A DNA stretch of 64,000 nt. Origin: the human T2T-CHM13v2.0 reference genome, Homo sapiens. This document shows, piece after piece, positions 49,107 to 64,000 of the stretch. The stretch is taken from NCBI RefSeq assembly GCF_009914755.1, contig NC_060928.1; one strand, given 5' to 3'. A model generated the notes under the pieces. The model worked only from the letters and a program-made list of their open reading frames with translations. It was not told the origin of the DNA and did no database searches. The position numbers and the translations under genes were made by a program. Each line of letters opens with the position of its first letter. The stretch's first letter is position 1.

Positions 49107-49211
49107 TATGTTTAATGTCTATTGGTTCAATTGCCAACAATTGATTGGTGGCAATTGTTGATCAAATAAAACCAACTTGAACTTTTTTGCTTTCATCCTT
49201 CTCTCCTCCTA

Positions 49212-49433
<222 letters not shown>

Positions 49434-50299
49434 TTAGAGATCTTCAGGTATACGGAGTTAATTCTATACTGGGAAAGGCATTTGAGGTAGATAGTATGTT
49501 ATCTTATTGATGACATCTTCCTTCCTTGATCACCTGATAGTTAACAAAAACTTCCTTCCTCTCAGCACTTCCTTTCTCCTTTGCATAGCTTTTTCCCCCT
49601 GAGCACTTACAGCCTCCTGATAATACCATACTATATGTCTATATCTAGATAATTCTTCATTTGCTTATTGTCTATCTGTCTCCTTTTAGTAGAGTGAGAA
49701 CTCCAAGTAAGGTTTTAAATCCCTTTTATCCTTTTAAAAACACTCATTTTATATTTGCTTTTATATTCTTCTAATATCTCAAGTTCTTGGTGGTGTCAAG
49801 ATAACTTGGCACATAGTGGGCACTACAGAATTTATGTAAATGAATCAGGGAAATAAATAATCTGATTTATGAAGCTTCTATTTATACTATTATTCAAACT
49901 TTAAGCACATATGCATAAATGGTGATATACCCTTAAACTATACTGGAATAATGAACAATCTTTCACTGTATAAACCGTTGCTTAGAATCTTCCTGAGTTC
50001 TATTTCCTATTTTGTTGTAGTCAATTTGGGAGACGAGAACCTGGAATTGATAAAGAGTCAATTAGCATATGGTGGAAAATAAAAATATAGAGGTATTTTT
50101 AGGAACTGGGATTATCTAACCAGGAGAGCAAGGATTCTTGGAGATAGTGTGACCTCATGATTGAGAGATTGAGCAGTGGAGCTGGACAATCTGACTTTGA
50201 GTCATGGCAACACCACCTGCTCAGTGGAAGACACTGGGATGATAATTAGCTTCTGAAAGCTTTAGTTTTTGTTATTTTTAAAATGTGAGTGTATGATTT

Positions 50300-50670
50300 T
50301 TTGTTTTTTGGCCTACACAGCACCCCTGTTTTGGAAAACTGTGCCTTCCCTCTTTCTATAATAATCTTACACAATTCAGGGATCAATCTCTGGATTTGTG
50401 CAGGGGCTATGGTGAAGGCGTTCTCATTCTCTGTTAATCTGACGTGTAAGGACAATATAGCTTACATAGAGAGAGGCTGTTTTACAATGACACCAGCCAG
50501 CAATGAGAGATGAAGAGAGAGAGAAAGAGAGATTGACACTGATAAACATACTGACAGTCAGCTGTGCCTGAAACCAGGTCCATCCTTTGGAGTTTGGAGT
50601 TAGGTAAATCAAAAATTTCCGTTTTTCTTTTAAGTTGGGTTTGGGAAATTTGCAACAGTGACCGAAACAA
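50300..50670 (+). mobile_element. Old MLT1 LTR fragment
   Basis: cagctgtgcctgaaacc...tttaagttgggttt...tgcaac motifs. Confidence 0.5.
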
Positions 50671-50994
50671 AATACATACCCAATAAATTTTAGTGTGTTG
50701 GTGATGATAAATGGAGGAGGAACAGAAGTCATCACATAGCAGAGAGGGCTTTAAAAACTTCTAAAGTTTTATTCGATTTTGTGTGTATTTCATAATGAGA
50801 GTGGCAATGTCTAAAATAGGAAGAACAGACATGAGAAAGAGCAGAATTCATTTTCTTCCACCAAACTTTCAAAGACCTAGACCCACCAATTCTTCAGGGA
50901 GAAAGGAGGCTACTATACTAATTACTACATAGCCTCTTACTATTCGGGCCTTTCCATAAACACACAACCCAAGCTCTCACCAATTTTTAAACAC

Positions 50995-52790
50995 TTTTAA
51001 TTTTGATGTAATTATAGGTTCACAGGAAATTATCAAAAAATGTACAATGAGGTCCTATGGATCCTTCGCTTAGTTTTCCCCAAGGATAACATCTTGAATA
51101 ACACGATATTAAAACCAGGAAATTGACATTGGTACAACCCATAGAACTTATTTAGATGTCACCACATTTACATGTACTCATTTGTGTGAGTGTGTAGTTC
51201 TATGCAATTTTATCAAATACGCAGACTCTTGTAACCACCACCGCGGTCAAGATACAGAACAGTTCCATCCGCAAGCCTCCCTTACATTATCTTTTTTTTT
51301 TTTTTCAGATGGTATCTCGCTCTGTTGCCCAGGCTGGAGTGCAGTGGTGTGATCTTGGCTCATGGCAACCTCCGCCCCCAGCCCCCCTGCTGCCTGGGTT
51401 CAAGCGATTCTCCTGCCTCAGCCTCCGGAGTTGCTGGGATTACAGGTGTCCACCACCACACTCAGCTAGTTTTTGTTATTTTTAGTAGAGACTGGGTTTT
51501 ACTATGTTGGTCAGGCTGATCTCAAACTCCTGACCTCAAGTGATCCTCCTGCCTCAGCATCCCAAAGTGCTGGGGTTACAGGCCTGAGCCTCCCACTGTG
51601 CCCAGCCACATTATCCTTTTATAACCATACCCACCCACCATGTTCTTATCCCCAGCCCCCGGCAACCACTAATCTGTTCTTCATCCCTATAATTTTGTTA
51701 TTTTTTATTTTATGAATGTTATATTATTTTGTTTTATGAATGTTATATGTTTTATTTTATGAATGTTATTTTATTTTATGAATGTTATATAGGATCATAT
51801 ACTATGTTATCTTTGGATTTTTTTTTCACTCAGCATAATTTCCTTGAGATCATCCAAGTTGTGTATGTCAACAGCTTGTTCCTTTTTATTGTATTCCATT
51901 TCACTCTTCCTCGCCTGAAGGACGTTTGGTTGTTTCTGGTTTTTTACTATTAAGAAAAAGATGCTATGAATGTTCTTTTACAGGTTTTTGTGTTGACATA
52001 AATTTTCTCTTATCTGGAATAAATGCCCTAGAGTGCAATTGCTGGGTTGTATAGTAAGCACTTGTTTAGAGAATGAGAAACTAATTTCTAGAGTGGCTGT
52101 ACCATTTTACATTCCCACCAGCAGTGAGTGATTCCGTTTCTTCATATCTTTGTAAGCGTTTGGTGTTATTGCTATTTTTTATTTTAGCCATTCTGATAGG
52201 TGTGTAGGAATATCTTGTTGTAGTTTTAATCTGCATTTCCCCCCAAAAACTAGTGATGTTGGGCATCTTTTCAGGTGCTCATTTGCCATCTGTGTGTCCT
52301 CTTCATTGGGACACAGGACATTTCCTTCAGACAGGAAATGTCTGTTCCTGTCTTTTGCCCACTTTCTAATTGGATTGTTTAGTTTTTTACTGTTGAGTTT
52401 TGAGTGTTCTTTCTATAGTCTAATACAAGGCTTTGTGTTGAATATGTGATTCACCAGTATTTTCTTCCTGTCTGTAGTTCATTTTTTCATACTCTTTACA
52501 AGGTCTTTTAGATAGGGTCTCACTCTGTCCCCAGGCTGGAGTGCAGTGACATGCTCACTGCTCACTGCAGGCTCAATTTCCTGGGCCCAAGGGCTCCTCC
52601 CACCTCAACCTCCCTAGGAGCTGGGACTACAGGTGCACACCACCACACCCAGCTAATTTTTGTACTGCTTGTAGAGACAGAGTTTTGCTATGTTGCCCAG
52701 GCTGGTCTCAAACCCTGGGGCTCAAACAATCTGCCCACCTCAGCCTCCCAAAATACTGGGATTATAGGCGTGAGCCACTATGCCCATAAA
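50995..52790 (-). mobile_element. L1M 3' fragment with reverse Alus (51291-51606, 52505-52786) and an AT-rich minisatellite (about 51700-51790)
   Basis: Minus-strand [24 protein letters not shown]; Alu bodies; ttttatgaatgttat repeats. Confidence 0.8.
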
Positions 52791-53014
52791 ACAAGTCTTA
52801 CTAGTGAGAAACATGTTATCATTTAGAGTTTCTCTGACTAATGTGGGTGATTCTAATACGAATTCTTACGAGATACTGATTGTATCAGTTGTATCGTCTT
52901 TCTTAGTCAGAATCTACCAGGGGCAAAATAGAAGGATTCATAAATCACTCAACTTTTTTTCTTCCTCTGAGTGCCTTGATATCCCAGGTGCATCAGAAAC
53001 TACTTAAAACCATT

Positions 53015-53385
53015 TCTATGGTTTGAATGTGTTCCTTAAAAAGCACGTTTTGGAAACTTAATTCCCAATTGCAACAATGTTGGAAAGTGGATGGAGTCTA
53101 ATGGGAGATGTTCAGGTCAAGAGGACTCCACTCTCATGAATGGATTAATGCCAACTTTAAAAGGGCTTGAGGCTGCAAATTCAATCTCTTGTTTTCTTGC
53201 GAGTGCTCTTTTGCCCTTCTGCCTTCCACCATGGGCTGATGCAGCAAGAAGACCCTCACCAGATGCCCATTCCACAATCTTGGACTTCCCAGCCTCCAGA
53301 AGCAGGTGCCAAATAAACTTCTGTGTATTATAAATTACCCAGCCTGTGGTATTCTGTTATAGCAGCACAAAACAGTCTAAGAGAG
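53015..53385 (+). mobile_element. MST/MLT1A-type MaLR LTR
   Basis: tatggtttgaatgt...ctcatgaatggattaatg...ttataaattacccagcctgtggtattctgttatagcagc. Confidence 0.82.
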
Positions 53386-53798
53386 CTATTAGAGCTACTG
53401 TAATCAAATTCTTTTAAATCATTAGTATTATTTTCAATATCTTAAGGAAATTAAATAATTTGCCCCAGATCATAGATAAATAAATTAAAAAAACAGCATC
53501 TTGGAAAATAAAATTCTAATGTATTTTTTATTGTCTTAGAAATAAGTTTTTATATTTATTAGTGATATCACACCTATCAAGTATTAGCATTCTCATCTAT
53601 AATCATTGCCATTTTTCAAAAAGCACAATAAGGATACCATCTAGACCCAGTCACACAAGATAACTGACCATTCTCATTCTTATTATGTCAAAGGACAGTC
53701 TAGAGAAAACAGTTCATTTTAAACATCATCCCTAAGAACTATTAACATTCTCTTGGGACAGAGAAGAGAAGACTTCCATTGCTTGTCAGTAGATTTGA

Positions 53799-54315
<517 letters not shown>

Positions 54316-55157
54316 TAAAACTTATACAGATATCAAGTGGATAATATCTCCCTTCTTCCCAAGATTTGATTGATGATTTAATTCTGTGATCTTCTACTTC
54401 ATGAGGGTGTGATTTCATGAGAGTCATTTTAATTCTCTAGGTCTGAGATGGAATTGAAGTGTTACTTTTTTGATTGTTAATTGTGAAATCTCAAAATTCA
54501 TTTAACCCACTTTTGAATCTTATACACCAAAAAATGTCACACTCTAGGCATTCCAAGTTATTTAACTTTATCATGCCCTCTAGATTCATGATCAGCACTT
54601 AACTTAAACTCAGTTGGATTGTAAACGTAAATGGCTCTAGACAGTCCCTGAATCCTGTTATCTCCCCAAGTGAAGGACTCTTAATCATCATAAAAAGTAT
54701 CCTGTCAATGTATTTGATTAAAAATAACATCAGTGGAATGTTTATTTCCAAATGCCTTTTTTTGTACAGGAGGAGTGCAAGTAACTTAAAAGTGAAATTT
54801 TAAAGCTTGTAAAAGTTTGGCTTATGAATGAACTCTCTGCACATTTAAGTATTTAAAGTTCTCATGCTTTGGCAGCCATTATCTAAAATGTATAACTATT
54901 TCTTTTCAACTTCTTAGAGAAATTACAAGTTCAAATAAAGTTACTAGATGTAAATGACTACTGTTTTCAAAACTCTCTGTGCACAGTTTTTTTTTTTTTT
55001 CAAGTAGAGACCTTTAAAACCACTTTGATATTATCAAAAGTCCAAGCTTAGCCACATATTTTATTTTCACATTTGGACTCTTCTCATGAATGTGTCTTGC
55101 CCAAGACAAAATATAGCTGCATATATAGAAACTAAGTTTGTATCTCTGCTTAAATAA

Positions 55158-55529
<372 letters not shown>

Positions 55530-56498
55530 GAGCAATCATTTTCTATAAACTCCGCCATCTAGACTGCCCACTACTTATGAGTGGCAACACATTAGCTAGT
55601 TGATAAACAACTGGGCTCAGTGACAATTTACTAAATTTTGTGAGAAATTATATTATCTGTTGATATTCACAAGTTTGTGGTTTCATACGATCTCAAGATA
55701 TAACCCATGGGAATGTCAAGGGTCTACAGAGTTACCATACACATTTTATAGATGAGAAAAATAAAGTTCAGAGAAGGTGACTTTCTCAAGGAAACACACT
55801 TAATAAATGGCAAAGTCTGGGAGCCAGCTCTAGTGAGAAAGCATATTCCATTTCCTCCGCGAATGGGACGTTTTAAGCACCAACACTCAGCAAACACTCT
55901 GTGCACAGGTGATATTTTTATTTTATAATCAAAGCTTGAGCTATATAGTGACAAAGGTGATAGAGTCCACAAACCCATATTTGCAATTCTGAAGTTTAAA
56001 AAGCCCCAAAGTAGGTTTTGTAATTCGTTTCACACCTGACCTGACTTGAATTCATTTGCTGGCAAAACTTGGCCTGAAATGTAATGATTTTTCATGGCTC
56101 TTATTTATTTAATTTAGTGTGAATAATCATATATTTTGTTGCATAATTATTAATATGTTTGTTACAGAGCTCTTCCTCAGACTAAATGGGGTTGTTATGT
56201 CACACGTGGTAAATGTACAGTATTACTTATAACTTTTTTTTTAATTCTGAATTTCAAAACACCTGGCCTAAGGGTTTTAGATAAGAAACTATAGACCTGA
56301 AGAACAAAAATATTAATAGCAATAACAATGAGAGTAAAACTTGCATTCTACAGTTTGATCTCATCTTTATGTATTTTTGCAAAATACTTTCAAGTATATC
56401 TTATTGCATTGTCACCAAATGTGAATACTTCCTAATGTCTTTGGATAGATTAGCGCTGTTATCAAGTCCCTTGGCCAAATATAGGCCTGACATCAAAC

Positions 56499-57096
56499 GG
56501 ATGCAGGACTTTTCTTCTCACTTTGCAAGCCGATGACCCCTGGACAGCAATGCTCCATGCAGGGCCTTCCTCAGCCACACTGGTGTGCCTCAGCTTGCCT
56601 GTGTTATAGCTTGTACCCACATTTGTTCCTGAGCTCTTGTACCGCGCACAAAAAGAATGAGAATATGCAAGACATTGGAGGGTGAAGAGGGTGGAGAATA
56701 ATTGTATTGAGCAATGTAAATGGCTTTCAGTGGAAAGGGGACAGGGCGGGGATGGATCCCTTGTGTGGCTGGGTCTGGGGCCTTTTATGGACTCAGAATG
56801 GGGAGTGCATGCTGATTGGTTTGTGAGTATGCAAAAAAAGTTAAAGGGATGACACCACTCAAAGGTGGGCATGACAGTGTAGAAAACCAATTAGGAAAGG
56901 GTAGGTATATGTAAAATAGGTGAAGGATGGGAACTAATCAGAGGAAGGTGCACCAAATGGGAGGACAAGTTCTCAATCCAGTCTGAGGATTTAACTTGTA
57001 GCTTGGCTTTCAGGCTTTAAACTGTCTTCAGCTTGGAGATGGGGTTTTGCTGGGGATCTGCCCCCTATCTGCCTAGGCATTTGTCTGCCTCTATCA
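56499..57096 (-). mobile_element. ERV1-class solo LTR (MER52/MER61/LTR27-like; family uncertain)
   Basis: Minus strand starts TGATAGAGGCAG; CCAAT (ccaatcagc) and TATA-like cataaaagg; 4-bp TSD aaac at 56495 and 57097. Confidence 0.78.
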
Positions 57097-57315
57097 AAAC
57101 TAAGTTTTGACATCTTAAGTAGGATATTAATTTTAAAAATTAATAATATTGTATGTCTGTGTGTATGTCTGGTGTCTGTGTATGGTTTTCCTTCTCCTGG
57201 GCTTTTCTTATAATTAAATTTCTCTAATGATTTTATTTTTATATTGGATGGCATAAGATTTTTATTTAGTTGTCTAAATGTAACTAGCACACTGTAATAA
57301 GTTAAGGGCCTTAGT

Positions 57316-57620
57316 GGCTGGGCCTGTTGCCTCACACCTGTAATTCCAGCACTCTGGGAGGCTAATGTGGACAGATCACCTGAGGTCAGGAGTTTGAGAC
57401 CAGCCTGGACAACATGGTGAAACCCCATCTCTACTAAAAATACAGAAACTAGCTGGGCGTGGTGGTGTGTGCCTGTACTCCTACTACTCGGGAGGCTCAG
57501 GCAGGAGAATCACTTGAACTCAGGGGGCAGAGATTGCAGTGAGCCAAGATCACACCACTGTACTCCAGCCTGGGCAACACAGTGCAACTCCATCTCAAAA
57601 ACAAAACAAAACAAAAAAAA
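57316..57620 (+). mobile_element. AluSx-like SINE
   Basis: TSD aagttaagggccttagt. Confidence 0.9.
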
Positions 57621-58049
57621 AGTTAAGGGCCTTAGTGAGCTGTGTTATGAAATAGGATTCCAGCATTTATACAAAGAAAACAAAAGGGTTAATTCTTATA
57701 TAAGCATAAAAAGTATTTCTTTGCCTAAAATATTATGGATAATAATATTTAATCAAGATGTTTCCTTTACTTTCCAGAAAATTTTAAATTCAAATCAAGA
57801 TTACAGATATAATATTAGTTGTTTACTGGATCAGTAGTTTTCAAAATTTTTTTCCTGCTGCAAAACACATAATGGATACAACATATTCTATCCAGTAATG
57901 GTGGAGAGAATTATTCACAAAATAGTTATTATTTATACAGCCAGCAATCATTCCCATGCCTAGGGTCCAACAGAACCAGTGTGGATCAGCTTGAATTTTA
58001 ATAAAAATCCAACACATTTCATAAAGCTCCTGTCATAGGTTCTGGAAGC

Positions 58050-58680
58050 TCATTTCCTATAGTAGCAACTTCCCCTTACTCTAGCATGCTCTTTGCTGGC
58101 CTTGGTTGCAGGCCAAGGGTGAAAGGAATCTAGAATGGATGAAAGAGGAGATAGATTATAAATACCAACTATAGCTTTGGGACCACTGCAGCAGTGTGGA
58201 GTATAACCCGTTCTATTAACTTTCCTGAATTGAGTCTTTTGTAGATTGTTGCCAGCCACCATCTTGAAGGCTTTGGATTGGACTTCATGTAGGACACAGT
58301 GGATCTTGTGGTACGGGTGAACTGCAGTGGACATCTCTTATGCTCCACTTCACATCCTCTCAGCCCATCTTTTACTAGTGGCATTACAATGGCCTATACA
58401 ACCTAAATGTTCAAAGTTTAAGGGAGTCATTATCCTTCTGAAAAAAATCCTTGATACAATGGTAGTGGGGATGGATGGATAAATGCTCCTACCTCCTCTT
58501 CAGGAAGACAGCTGTGAGAGATACTTTATGGCTCTTTAGAATATCCCAGCAGCATCAAGCCTTGGGCATTCACAATGACGATCAACTTGATAACATGGCC
58601 TTTTCTCCCTTCTTTCTCTTCTGTTTTCTAGATTGTCTCTTAAGTAAGCTGTCTTAAGGGGCCATCCGGGATTAGTCTTG
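58050..58680 (+). mobile_element. ERVL-class internal 3' end plus LTR16-like remnant
   Basis: gaatggatgaaagagg..ataaataccaac..gaccactgcagcag then gggtgaactgcagtggac (PPT/LTR junction-like). Confidence 0.5.
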
Positions 58681-58682
58681 CC

Positions 58683-59250
58683 TGTTACATGCTTCATTGG
58701 AAGTTCTTAAGGCTACAGTTGGGCTTGAAGATTTGCAAGAAAGACTCACAGAACTCAAAAGAGCTGGTATGTTCATGATTACTGCTTATTACAGAGAAAT
58801 GAGTACATACTAAAACCGGCAAATGGGAAAGGTATATGAGACAATGTCCAGGAGATACCAGGCACAAGCTTCTGGGTGGAGTTGTATGGGGATGCATTTA
58901 ATCCTCCAAGCAATGGTATGTGACAACATGTGTGAATTATTGCCAGTCAGGAAAGCTCACATAAGTCTTGGTATCCAGGGTTATTATTGCAAATTGGTCA
59001 GGTAGGCATGGCTGACTTTAATTGCTCAGCCTACAGCCCCACCCCTCTACTTATGTCAAATTGATACAGCATGGTCCAGGACCCTCTGGCATATGAAAAC
59101 ACGCTTCATCAGGCAGGATATTCCAAGGGCTCAGACGTTATCTACCAGGACTGGCCAGTCAAGGACCAGTCCTATGAAGAAAGACCTTCTTTGGAATGTA
59201 CAGGATTTGAGCAACCCAGACCTGCTGAGTTAATCCTTTACTGCACACAT
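58683..59250. mobile_element. MER21-type LTR
   Basis: aagactcacagaactca...gtccaggagataccaggcacaagcttc...tgtgacaacatgtgtgaa. Confidence 0.75.
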
Positions 59251-59327
59251 GTATTGGTCTTATCACTCTAACTACAACATAAGGTTCTCAAAGAAATGGA
59301 TATTTATACAGTTTTTCACCCAAGTAA

Positions 59328-59811
<484 letters not shown>

Positions 59812-61664
59812 TAAGGGTTCTCAGGGATATTAATTTCCCCATTTCTTCTTTCTGGACTGCCATTTTGCATCTGGGCAAAGCACATGGTCCCAAAATGCCC
59901 TCAGGCAAAGAGGTGCAGGTACCCGCAGCTGGAAGTGGGCTAGAATATGCTGAAGGGGCAGGGAGAGGAATCCAGGTGAGGCAATGCAGCAGCTGCTACA
60001 GTGCTCCAAAGTTCCCTAGGGTTGAGGAGGAGGAAAATGAGTTAGAATTGTGGATGCCTTCAACTTATTGTCACTTGATAGAAGAGTCTCATCTCCTAGA
60101 ACACAACACAAATTCCATCTTTGGAGGTCAAAAAGCTGAAAGTCATATAAGACTGATACGGTGGGTAAAATCTAATGTAAATTGGTATTGGCATTATATT
60201 TGCATTATAGATAAGGTTATAACTTCAAGGAATAGGTGAATATCCACTATAAGTCAATAATGATTTTTTAAAGGTTTAGTCAAAACAAAATGAGTACACA
60301 CTGCAAATGGGGAGCATGGCATTTCATCATGAATATTAACTAAATAAACATAAAGACATTTAAAGACCAAGTTAATAAAGGTGTGAGCAGATAGGATCTG
60401 GAATAGCACATCCCAAATGGAAAAACCGTATTAAGAACCTGAATAGTCATCTGATGTGACTGTGCTTATTGTCTGAAGATCTCTTCTGGGGTTTTGTAAG
60501 GGAGTTTTATGGAGAACAAACTAACAAGGGGCAAAATATAAATGGCTGGAGTCTATGATAAAAGCTTATAGGGAATAGTGCTATATTATTTCTTTAATTT
60601 TCTCCAGCACTGTTTTTACAGCTATCTCAGTGAGCAAAATGCAAGTTTTATAAATAACTTCTTGCATGGAGCTCTCTGATTTATCCCATTCATAGCAAGC
60701 TACATCTGTGCAGGCAGCATAGCTTAGCTGTGGAGGCAGGGGGCAAAGAACTGACTTGACTGAAAAACATGAACACGTTGGCAAAAGGTAGCCAAATTCT
60801 AAAAAAAGCGGGGGTGGAGGAGTAGATTTTAAGAGTTCTGGCTCAAAAATAGAAATATAGAATTGATCTGAGTATATTAGTATTGCTTAATAAAGAATAT
60901 TGCAACGCGAGCGGGTGGCCTACATGAAAATACAGAAAAGGGGATCAGAACAACCAAAGTCAGTAGTGTCCTTCCAGCTGATGTTGACTCTGACCCTAAG
61001 GAAAACAAATACACTTAGTAAGGGCTATACTCTGCTCTGAGTTAGAAATGACTCACTTAGCTTCTGAAGATACTCTGCCATTTCTGTCAACCTCCCTTTG
61101 CTCTGAATGCATGCTCATAGAGCAAACTACTGATTTGTTTTCACACAGGCTTTAAGATATCTTGAAACCAGGAAGAGCTTGCTGAAGGGCGGACATGACT
61201 ATGTCTGTCATTGTAAAAGAACGGCCCTGATGATAAATTGATAATTTGGTAGGTATTGTTACCTTAAGTCAGATGACAGTTTTGGTAGGCTGAAAAAGTC
61301 AAGTTCCTGGATCACAAAGTGAAGAACCAGATTTGAAAGTGTTAAAGCCAATCCATGAGGTCCGGCCTGGAAAACTAGCCATGCAAGCCCCACTCAGTTG
61401 ACCTATACACCTTCAAACTGGACAATAGTACCCACATTAGTAGTATACGTGTAAGAACATATGTAAAAGAAAACCTCCTCAAATCACACAGATAAAAGGG
61501 CCTAGTACACTATGAAGAGCCCAGACTCTCCAAGGATCATTACGGGGACACTCTGTGCCTCTACTTCTGCCCCTTTAAGATTCCAAAATCTATGCATACA
61601 GATAAACGTTGTCCTCCAAATTCCTTCTGAGAATCTATATGTTCTCTCAAAAAAAAAAAAGGTT

Positions 61665-61885
61665 ACTCACCTTGAGTAACATAGCAAGACCCCATCTCTA
61701 CAAAAAAATATAAAAATGAGCCAGACATGGTGGCACACACCTGTAGTCCCAGCTACTCAGGAGGCTAAGGCAGGAGAATCATTTGAGCCTAGGAGCTCAA
61801 GGCTGCAGTGAGCTATGACAGAACCACTGCACTTCAGCCCAGGCAACAGAGCAAGACCCTGAATTAAAAAAAACAAGCAAACAAA
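61665..61885 (+). mobile_element. Partial AluJ/FRAM
   Basis: Right monomer with A-rich tail. Confidence 0.75.
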
Positions 61886-63036
61886 GAGGTTTCTGTTCAA
61901 ATGCTTTTAGGAACTTTACTTTGGAAATTTCCCTTAGAGCCATTTATGCAAAAATATCTGTTATTTAAGCCACCCAGTCTATGATAGATTTGCTGTAGCA
62001 GCTTGAACTGACTGAGACACTCTCAACCACATTCTCATCCCCTGGAGAAGAGGAACCTGGTCCATTCTCCTCTAGAGTCCCCTGACACTCTGACTTGTGC
62101 AAAGTAGGTGCTCAGTGGAGGTTTGTTAGACTAATGAGTGTGATTACTCATACCTCTACATAGGAAACTTTTTGCAAATAGACTCAAAAATATTTCTTTG
62201 ACTTTTACCACTTAAACTAGAAAACAGTAACTACTTGGCAGCAGAACAGGGATCTAGACCTGATACTCCTGTAGGAGGAGTTCATGATCTTGTCCATTGG
62301 ATCATTCAGATAGTCCTTTCAGAAAGAGATAAAATGCCTAAAAGGTAAAGGGTCGTGTCATGACAAGGGTCTTTTTACTTGCCGCAATAGTTTTGGTTGC
62401 AGAGCAGTTCCAATACTCTGGGTGTTGCCCATGTCAGGGCCTGGTAAGAGTTTCCCAAAGAGCATTTCCTGTCTTTTTGCATAGCAAATGCCAGCCACAG
62501 TCTTACCGCACAGGTGAGTGAATGGATTGATGCTCTATCACATAAGAAATGCCATGCTAAATAGGCATGATACAGGTAATGGTTTTGTCCTTTTCATCTA
62601 TATAATATATTATAATATGTTATTTTCTATTATGAGGTCTTCATAAGCAAGACAATATGTTCTTCAATTTCCTGTTCTTGTCTCATTGTTTTCTCTGACC
62701 ATTCTTATTCAAAATTCTCCTGTATGCTTGTTTTTTGTCAAAGTGACTGCAGTGTAAGTTGAGAGCAATGTAAAACAGAAACTTCGAAATTGGCAGCCAT
62801 GACACAAGAGGCTGTTTTAAATTAGTTGGGAGGAATAGGATTAGGGAAAGATGTTTTTTGTGTGCTATTAGCAGTTTAATTCATTAAGATTTTAGTAAGG
62901 TACTTTTGAATGGCTACTTCTGGTTGCCTGCTTTATTAAAATTGACTGAACTCCATCATGTCTCAATATTTGTTCTTGACATTTCTGTGCATCATTTATG
63001 TTCTGGAAATAAGGTAGTCCGTGTCTTGAGAGAACT

Positions 63037-63401
63037 TGTATTAGTCTGCTTACACGCTGCTAATAAAGACATATCTGAGACTGGGTAATTTATAAAGGAA
63101 AGTGGTTTAATTGACTCACAGTTCCACATGCCTGGAGAGGCCTCACAATCATAGTGGAAGGTGAAGGAGAAGCAAAGCCACGTTCTTACATGGCGGCAGG
63201 CAAGAGAATATGTGTAGGGGAATTCCTCTTTATAAAACCTTCAGATCTTGTGAGACTTATTCACTTTCATGAGAACAGCATGGGAAAGAGCCGCCCCCAT
63301 GATTCAATTACCTCCCACCAGGTCCCTCCTGTGACACACGGGAATTATGGGAGCTACAATTCAAGATGAGATTTGGGTGTGGACACAGCCAAACCACATC
63401 A
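63037..63401 (-). mobile_element. THE1 (THE1C-like) MaLR solo LTR
   Basis: tgtattagtc...aataaagacata..gagactgggtaatttata...gacacagccaaaccacatca. Confidence 0.9.
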
Positions 63402-63609
63402 GAGCTGGATGTCTTAGGCTGGAATATAGAGAAGCAAACAAAAATAACCACAATAATATGTTATATGTTATAATAAATTGTAATGTTTTGTGTTATATAA
63501 AATTACAAAGGTATAGGGTGGTTGATTATTTCTGGCTTAGAATAGGCAGCTTAGGAAAGCAAAGTGAAAAGAGGAATTCCAGGCAGAGGCAAATGTAGGA
63601 GAGAAGGAT

Positions 63610-64000
63610 TGAGGCTGGAATGTGTGCAGGATATTCAGGTAAACAATAGTGAGTGATGGGGTTGGTGAAGAGAACAGATGGAGGCATAACTGGAGAGCTG
63701 GGCTCAGGTGAGGTTGTAAAAGGGCTTTGTTTACTGTGCTAAGATGTTCATGTACTATCTGGAGTGGGTGGTGAGATGCCATCAAGAGTTTCAAGTGGGT
63801 TTCAATGAGTGCACAGAAATGAGGCTGGAATGTGCACAGGATGTTCAGGTAAACAATAGTGAGTGATGGGAAGGTGGGGAAGAACAGATGAAGGCGTATC
63901 TGGAGAGGTGGGCCCAGGCTAGGTTGTAAAGGGGCTTCGTTTATTGTGCCAAGATATACGGGTAGTATCTGGAGGGGGTGGTGAGAAGCCATCAAGAGTT
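63610..64000. repeat. 210-bp tandem repeat (at least 1.9 copies, runs off the window)
   Basis: tgaggctggaatgtg starts at 63610 and 63820; ccatcaagagtt ends at 63790 and 64000. Confidence 0.9.

Noticed and set aside
63537-63995. 152-aa repetitive ORF
   Set aside because: By-product of the 210-bp tandem repeat

Overview
Primate (human-like) genomic DNA. It contains the neuromedin U gene (NMU) on the minus strand, from its CpG-island promoter (TATA-like TTTAAAA and Inr, TSS about 38470) through coding exons 1-9. I assembled these exons by hand: 112+59+48+60+30+51+75+54+36 = 525 nt, a 174-aa prepropeptide with signal peptide, NURP and NMU-25-Gly-Arg-Arg. Exon 9 ends in a splice donor, and I found no convincing terminal 3'UTR exon in the window. 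Intron 2 holds a full-length, young L1 (L1PA2-type, GCG/A diagnostic) lying antisense to NMU and inserted inside an older Alu. It has intact ORF1 and ORF0, but ORF2 is broken by two 1-nt deletions. The rest, including about 25 kb upstream, is Alu, old L1, LTR and DNA-transposon sequence with several small duplications. I see no clearly novel gene system. The best leads are (i) the all-phase-0 exon cassette that can splice out alternative amidated NMU-21/NMU-38 peptides, (ii) the L1 antisense promoter and ORF0 pointing into NMU exon 3, and (iii) a templated direct/inverted repeat patchwork rich in TAATCC motifs upstream. Repeat subfamily calls and boundaries are by eye and approximate.
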